IMG/VR virus record: IMGVR_UViG_3300010998_001290
Length of the DNA: 20,090 nucleotides
Source of the DNA: a virus
Taxonomy: Duplodnaviria; Heunggongvirae; Uroviricota; Caudoviricetes
Reading direction: 5' to 3' (one strand)
The notes under the pieces: model-generated
The model's database searches: none
What the model saw: only the letters and a program-made list of their open reading frames with translations
Told to the model about the DNA's origin: nothing
Made by a program: the position numbers and the translations under genes
Part shown: positions 16,560-20,090 of the stretch, piece after piece
How the letters are laid out: every line of letters starts with the position of its first letter
Position numbering within the stretch: the first letter of the stretch is position 1

Positions 16560-17459
16560 ATGATTATAGAAGATCATGTTGCACGAAAAATAGAGAAAGA
16601 AGATATCACGAGTGATACTTTTGTATTTCCGGATGAAGTCACTGAGGTCTATGCGGATGTAACAGAAATCACTGAGATTGCTCAGCGCATAAAAACTGTA
16701 GACTTCAATAATGCTGAGGATATAAAGTTTATCGTGTTAGGAGCTGCGACCTCCAAAATCGATGTTTTTGCGCCTAATGCAGAGAACATCATATTCCCAA
16801 AGGGTAAATCTTTGTTTAATGCCAATTTTATGGACAATAAAAGCATAAAAAGGGTTGAAGCAGTCAATGCCGAAATGGTGGAATATAGGGCATTTTCAGG
16901 TTGCAATAACCTTGAAACGGCAATTGTACCAAATTGTATAAATATTCGTGATGATGCTTTTTGTGGTACTTCACTAAAGAAGATCGTGTTTTCAGACGAT
17001 ATTCTCTATATTGGAGCAAGAGCTTTTTATTCGTCGCTAATATCGACAATGGATGTTCATAACGCAAAATGTTCATCATACGCATTTACAAAAAGTTCCA
17101 TTGAATGTCTTAAGGTAAATTCATTAAGCAAACTGAATAGATGTGCATTACAAGGATGCAGCTCACTAAAGCAGATAGAAATAAACGGTAAACTACCTCG
17201 GTCCAATAAGGGTAATTACTATCCCAATATAGGACGAGGACATGAATACAACGTTATGTCTACAATAAGTAAGAACAAGATAAATGTTGTATGCGGCACA
17301 TATACACATACATATTCGCAAAAAATGGAGTATGAGGGGAAAACTCCTGATAAGAGTTTCCTGCTCTATGCGTTAACAGACGGACGATATTATATTGTAT
17401 CTGATTGTATCGAAACAGTCACTGATATAGACGGGATAAACGCTTTTCTGCATATCTGA
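16560..17459 (+). CDS. BspA/LRR_5-type LRR protein, paralog 10
   Basis: AFSGCNNLETAIVPNCINIRDDAFCG; C-terminal LYALTDGRY. Start ATG 16560 behind AAAGAGGT (ORF track start 16533). Confidence 0.9.
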   Translation: MIIEDHVARKIEKEDITSDTFVFPDEVTEVYADVTEITEIAQRIKTVDFNNAEDIKFIVLGAATSKIDVFAPNAENIIFPKGKSLFNANFMDNKSIKRVEAVNAEMVEYRAFSGCNNLETAIVPNCINIRDDAFCGTSLKKIVFSDDILYIGARAFYSSLISTMDVHNAKCSSYAFTKSSIECLKVNSLSKLNRCALQGCSSLKQIEINGKLPRSNKGNYYPNIGRGHEYNVMSTISKNKINVVCGTYTHTYSQKMEYEGKTPDKSFLLYALTDGRYYIVSDCIETVTDIDGINAFLHI

Positions 17460-17470
17460 CAACCAAAAAT

Positions 17471-17507
17471 ACAAAAAAGGGGCTATATATGGCTCCTTTT
17501 TTGTTTT
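17471..17507 (+). terminator. Intrinsic terminator (element copy E)
   Basis: ACAAAAAAGGGGC / GCTCCTTTTTTGT 13-bp stem; the 3' arm GCTCCTTTTTTGTTTT is identical to copy A. Confidence 0.9.
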
Positions 17508-17558
17508 CCTTCGTAAAACAGCATACTAATTATAGATTTTATTAACTGACGACCGGAG
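17501..17558 (+). promoter_or_regulatory. Repeated promoter/operator/leader element, copy E
   Basis: TTGTTT 17501-17506, 17 nt, TACTAA 17524-17529, GACGACCGGAG 17548-17558. Confidence 0.65.
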
Positions 17559-17606
17559 ATAAGTTGAAGGTTAATTCGTACATAAATTGCATAAGGAGGG
17601 AATATA

Positions 17607-18542
17607 GTGAAAATCATAGACGGAAAGCTGGTTCAGATAGATTCAAAGGATATCTCCTTGAATGGGACGCTAAGGTTTCCTGAAGAACTGACAGAACTGG
17701 AAATAATACTGGACGAACTCGTCATTGATGAGAAAGATAAGGGAAGAATAAAGAGTTTAGAGCTTGAAAAATTGACAAAATGTCAAGTGCTAAAGCGTGG
17801 ACAGATGGTCAAGGGTTATCAAAAGACGTCGTTTTCAGAGATTGCGCCTACCTTGGCTGCGGTCAGAGCAAAAGAACTGTTGGAGATTGAGTCTTGGATG
17901 TTTTACAAATGTGAAAAGCTTGGACTTGTATGGGCTCCAAAAGCAACAAATGTGAGGTCTCACGCTTTTGAGGGGTGCGGCAAATTAGAGCATTTTTCGG
18001 CGCCTTCATTGAAAAGGATAGGGCTTAAGGCTTTCTACGGGTGCTCAAGCCTATACCATATGACTATCCCGGAAGGTGTTGAATATATTTCAGCGAACGC
18101 CTTTACCAACAGCGGACTCAATGAAATAGAGCTTACAGGTAATGTCGAGGTAAAGATGCACGCCTTTCAGTACTGCATAAACGCCGAAACAGTAAGGCTA
18201 CGTTCTTTTGAGAAGATAGATATGCACGCATTCGATTTGTGTATGAATATCAAGGAGTTTATACTGTCCGAGGATTATGAGAAGAGCAAGAGCTATAAAC
18301 TTCCATTCATCACCGGCGGGTACTTGTACACATACAAAGTCTCGCACAAAGACAAGCATATGAATATTATATGTTTCAGGAGAAGTGGGATGGAATGTAC
18401 TTCGGAGTATGTCCAGCAAATCGACTGCAACGGAAAAAGCATTTATATGTTGGCTGACGGAGAATATATAGTGAAAACCACCAACGACTATTGCTTTGTT
18501 TCAGACTCAGAGGCTTTGAAAAAAGCTCTTTACGACGAATAA
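17607..18542 (+). CDS. BspA/LRR_5-type LRR protein, paralog 11
   Basis: IGLKAFYGCSSLYHMTIPEGVEYISANAF; C-terminal EYVQQI...IYMLADGEY; GTG start behind AAGGAGG. Confidence 0.92.
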   Translation: MKIIDGKLVQIDSKDISLNGTLRFPEELTELEIILDELVIDEKDKGRIKSLELEKLTKCQVLKRGQMVKGYQKTSFSEIAPTLAAVRAKELLEIESWMFYKCEKLGLVWAPKATNVRSHAFEGCGKLEHFSAPSLKRIGLKAFYGCSSLYHMTIPEGVEYISANAFTNSGLNEIELTGNVEVKMHAFQYCINAETVRLRSFEKIDMHAFDLCMNIKEFILSEDYEKSKSYKLPFITGGYLYTYKVSHKDKHMNIICFRRSGMECTSEYVQQIDCNGKSIYMLADGEYIVKTTNDYCFVSDSEALKKALYDE

Positions 18543-18556
18543 GAAAAGAAGTATGT

Positions 18557-19489
18557 ATGAAATTAGAAGGAAATGTAGCCGTTTTTGAACAGGACGATAT
18601 GTGTAAAGAGCGTCTGATAGTTCCACCGGCGGCAAAAAAGGTTCGGTTCACATTATACGATATTCCGAGTGCCGGAAAGTCATTTAGCAAAATACGGGAA
18701 ATTGATTTCGGAAATGCTGAAGAGATCGAGATCCTTGACAAAGATGTTTTGGGGAATGTTATAGATTGTTCTATCTGTAGAGCAGCAGAGAAAATAGAAC
18801 ACATATTCGGACAAAAGCTAAAGAAAGTACCTGCCGGCGCTTTCATCTCGTGTAAGATGTTAAAGACCGTTATACTTCCCGAAGTCGATGAGATTGGCGA
18901 TGACGCTTTTAATTGGGACGACAAGCTTGAAATGATAACCGTTCCTAAAATCAAGAGAATAGGAGCGAGAGCGTTTGCAAACTGCAACAGACTTAGCAGG
19001 TTCAAGTTTCCTAAAGAGCTTCAGCAGATCGGAATGAGCGCCTTTTTTAACTCAGGCATAAGGAACATTGAAATTCTCGGAGATACCATAGTTGCAGATA
19101 GAGCTTTTAGCCAATGCAACGAGCTGGAGAAAGCAAACTTAAAAGACGCTGAAAATATCAGCGAGTGTGCTTTTGAGGGTTGTTCGCATCTTCACTATAT
19201 CAAATTAGAAAAGAATAGCAGCATCCGAGGGCGTGTCTTTTCTGCTGCGTATGATTATTGCCTTGACATATCTGGCGATAAACACTTCTACGTCAGCAAG
19301 CTGGGTAAGTATTATGAGTACTGCCAAAAGATCATTCAGGATGACATTGGGGCAGCTTATATTTTAAAAGACGGAAGGTGCTTGATATGGATGGTAAACG
19401 CCATTGTTTACAAAGGCGAAGATACGAATAAGATATTGTTTGACGATGCGCTTATCGCCATAAAAACAATGAATGCAAGTGTAAGCTAA
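18557..19489 (+). CDS. BspA/LRR_5-type LRR protein, paralog 12
   Basis: IGARAFANCNRLSRFKFPKELQQIGMSAF; C-terminal EYCQKI...AYILKDGR. Start ATG 18557 (ORF track start 18491). Confidence 0.9.
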   Translation: MKLEGNVAVFEQDDMCKERLIVPPAAKKVRFTLYDIPSAGKSFSKIREIDFGNAEEIEILDKDVLGNVIDCSICRAAEKIEHIFGQKLKKVPAGAFISCKMLKTVILPEVDEIGDDAFNWDDKLEMITVPKIKRIGARAFANCNRLSRFKFPKELQQIGMSAFFNSGIRNIEILGDTIVADRAFSQCNELEKANLKDAENISECAFEGCSHLHYIKLEKNSSIRGRVFSAAYDYCLDISGDKHFYVSKLGKYYEYCQKIIQDDIGAAYILKDGRCLIWMVNAIVYKGEDTNKILFDDALIAIKTMNASVS

Positions 19490-19500
19490 CCTTCAGCTAT

Positions 19501-19538
19501 AAACAAAAAGGGACTCTTAAAGGGTCTCTTTTTGTTTT
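19501..19538 (+). terminator. Intrinsic terminator (element copy F)
   Basis: AAACAAAAAGGGACTC-TTAAA-GGGTCTCTTTTTGTTT 16-bp stem. Confidence 0.9.
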
Positions 19539-19590
19539 GTTGGCTATTCTTGTATACTATATTAAAGTAGTATTATTCAGACGAACGGAG
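19532..19590 (+). promoter_or_regulatory. Repeated promoter/operator/leader element, copy F
   Basis: TTGTTT 19532-19537, 17 nt, TACTAT 19555-19560, GACGAACGGAG 19580-19590. Confidence 0.65.
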
Positions 19591-19626
19591 TATTCGGGTA
19601 ATCATTTGACAGGAAAGGAAGGAAAA

Positions 19627-20090
19627 ATGATAATAGAAGGAACAACGCTTGTGGATTTTGATGTGGCAGAATTCGGCAGCGAGGAATTGACTATACCGGA
19701 TAATGTGACTGAAATCAACACAAGAATAAAATTGACAGGGAAACCCAATAAAACGGTAAAGGTACTGAACCTGAACAATGTGAAAAGTGTATTTGTAGAA
19801 GCGGAAATGGAAAAAGGCGGGGTTATTAAGGATCTTGTAGGTCTTTCTCCTATTTTCAGCGGGGTTACTAAGGTGATAGCCCCTGAACTGGAGACGATAC
19901 CTAAGCGCTTTTTTGAGAGAAGGGCATCGCTTACCACTCTTATTGTACCTAAAGCGAAGATAATTGAGGATTATGCTTTTACCGGGTGCAAAAATCTCAA
20001 GGAGATACAGATAGGCAGTGCGGAGATTATAGGAAATGAGGTCTTTTCAAGAGCTGCTGTCGAGAAAATTGAATTTTCTGATAACATCAA
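19627..20090 (+). CDS. BspA/LRR_5-type LRR protein, paralog 13 (3'-truncated by the window edge)
   Basis: Translated by hand (not in the ORF track): MIIEGTTLVDFDVAEFGSEELTIPDNVTEI...LNLNNV...IAPELETIPKRFF...IIEDYAFTGCKNLKEI; AAAGGAAGG RBS. Confidence 0.85.
   Translation, partial: MIIEGTTLVDFDVAEFGSEELTIPDNVTEINTRIKLTGKPNKTVKVLNLNNVKSVFVEAEMEKGGVIKDLVGLSPIFSGVTKVIAPELETIPKRFFERRASLTTLIVPKAKIIEDYAFTGCKNLKEIQIGSAEIIGNEVFSRAAVEKIEFSDNI

Noticed and set aside
18376-19005. 209-aa minus-strand ORF
   Set aside because: Lies antisense to LRR paralogs 11 and 12, is Ser/Ile/Phe-rich with no motif; a shadow ORF.
3081-19590. CRISPR array or integron attC sites for the six repeated elements
   Set aside because: Copies are kilobases apart, degenerate and separated by whole genes; no cas or intI genes are present; the hairpins have terminator form and lack GTTRRRY/RYYYAAC ends.
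1-20090. Diversity-generating retroelement as the source of LRR variation
   Set aside because: No reverse transcriptase and no TR/VR pair differing at adenines was seen; paralog divergence is spread over all positions. An RT outside the window cannot be excluded.

Overview
Gene-dense window with every credible gene on the + strand and Firmicutes-type ribosome-binding sites (AAAGGA/GGAG). It reads like the accessory region of a large Clostridia/Lachnospiraceae-type phage, megaplasmid or island, but no hallmark gene is present to settle which. The dominant feature is an array of 13 highly diverged paralogous BspA/LRR_5-type leucine-rich-repeat genes (12 complete, 1 running off the right edge; mostly 290-320 aa). 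None has a signal peptide or anchor, and they share an N-terminal cap, a variable loop at a fixed position and an unrecognised C-terminal domain (Q-x-I...Y-x-L-x-D-G-x-Y). The array is cut into 2-3-gene units by six copies of a ~85-90 bp composite element: intrinsic terminator, TTGTTT-N17-TACTA(A/T), an ATACTA-N4-TAGTAT palindrome and a GANGA(A/C)(C/T)GGAG leader box, all at near-invariant spacing. A ~7.3 kb non-LRR block interrupts the array. It encodes a CX5R phosphatase, a sigma4-like/RNAP alpha-CTD fusion, a Zn-ribbon protein, an ART-like HGT protein, DUF488, a TARG1/DarG-type macrodomain and RtcB, and carries a truncated IS200/IS605 (IscB omega/HEARO-like) end. All family calls come from motif recognition by eye; no database searches were run.
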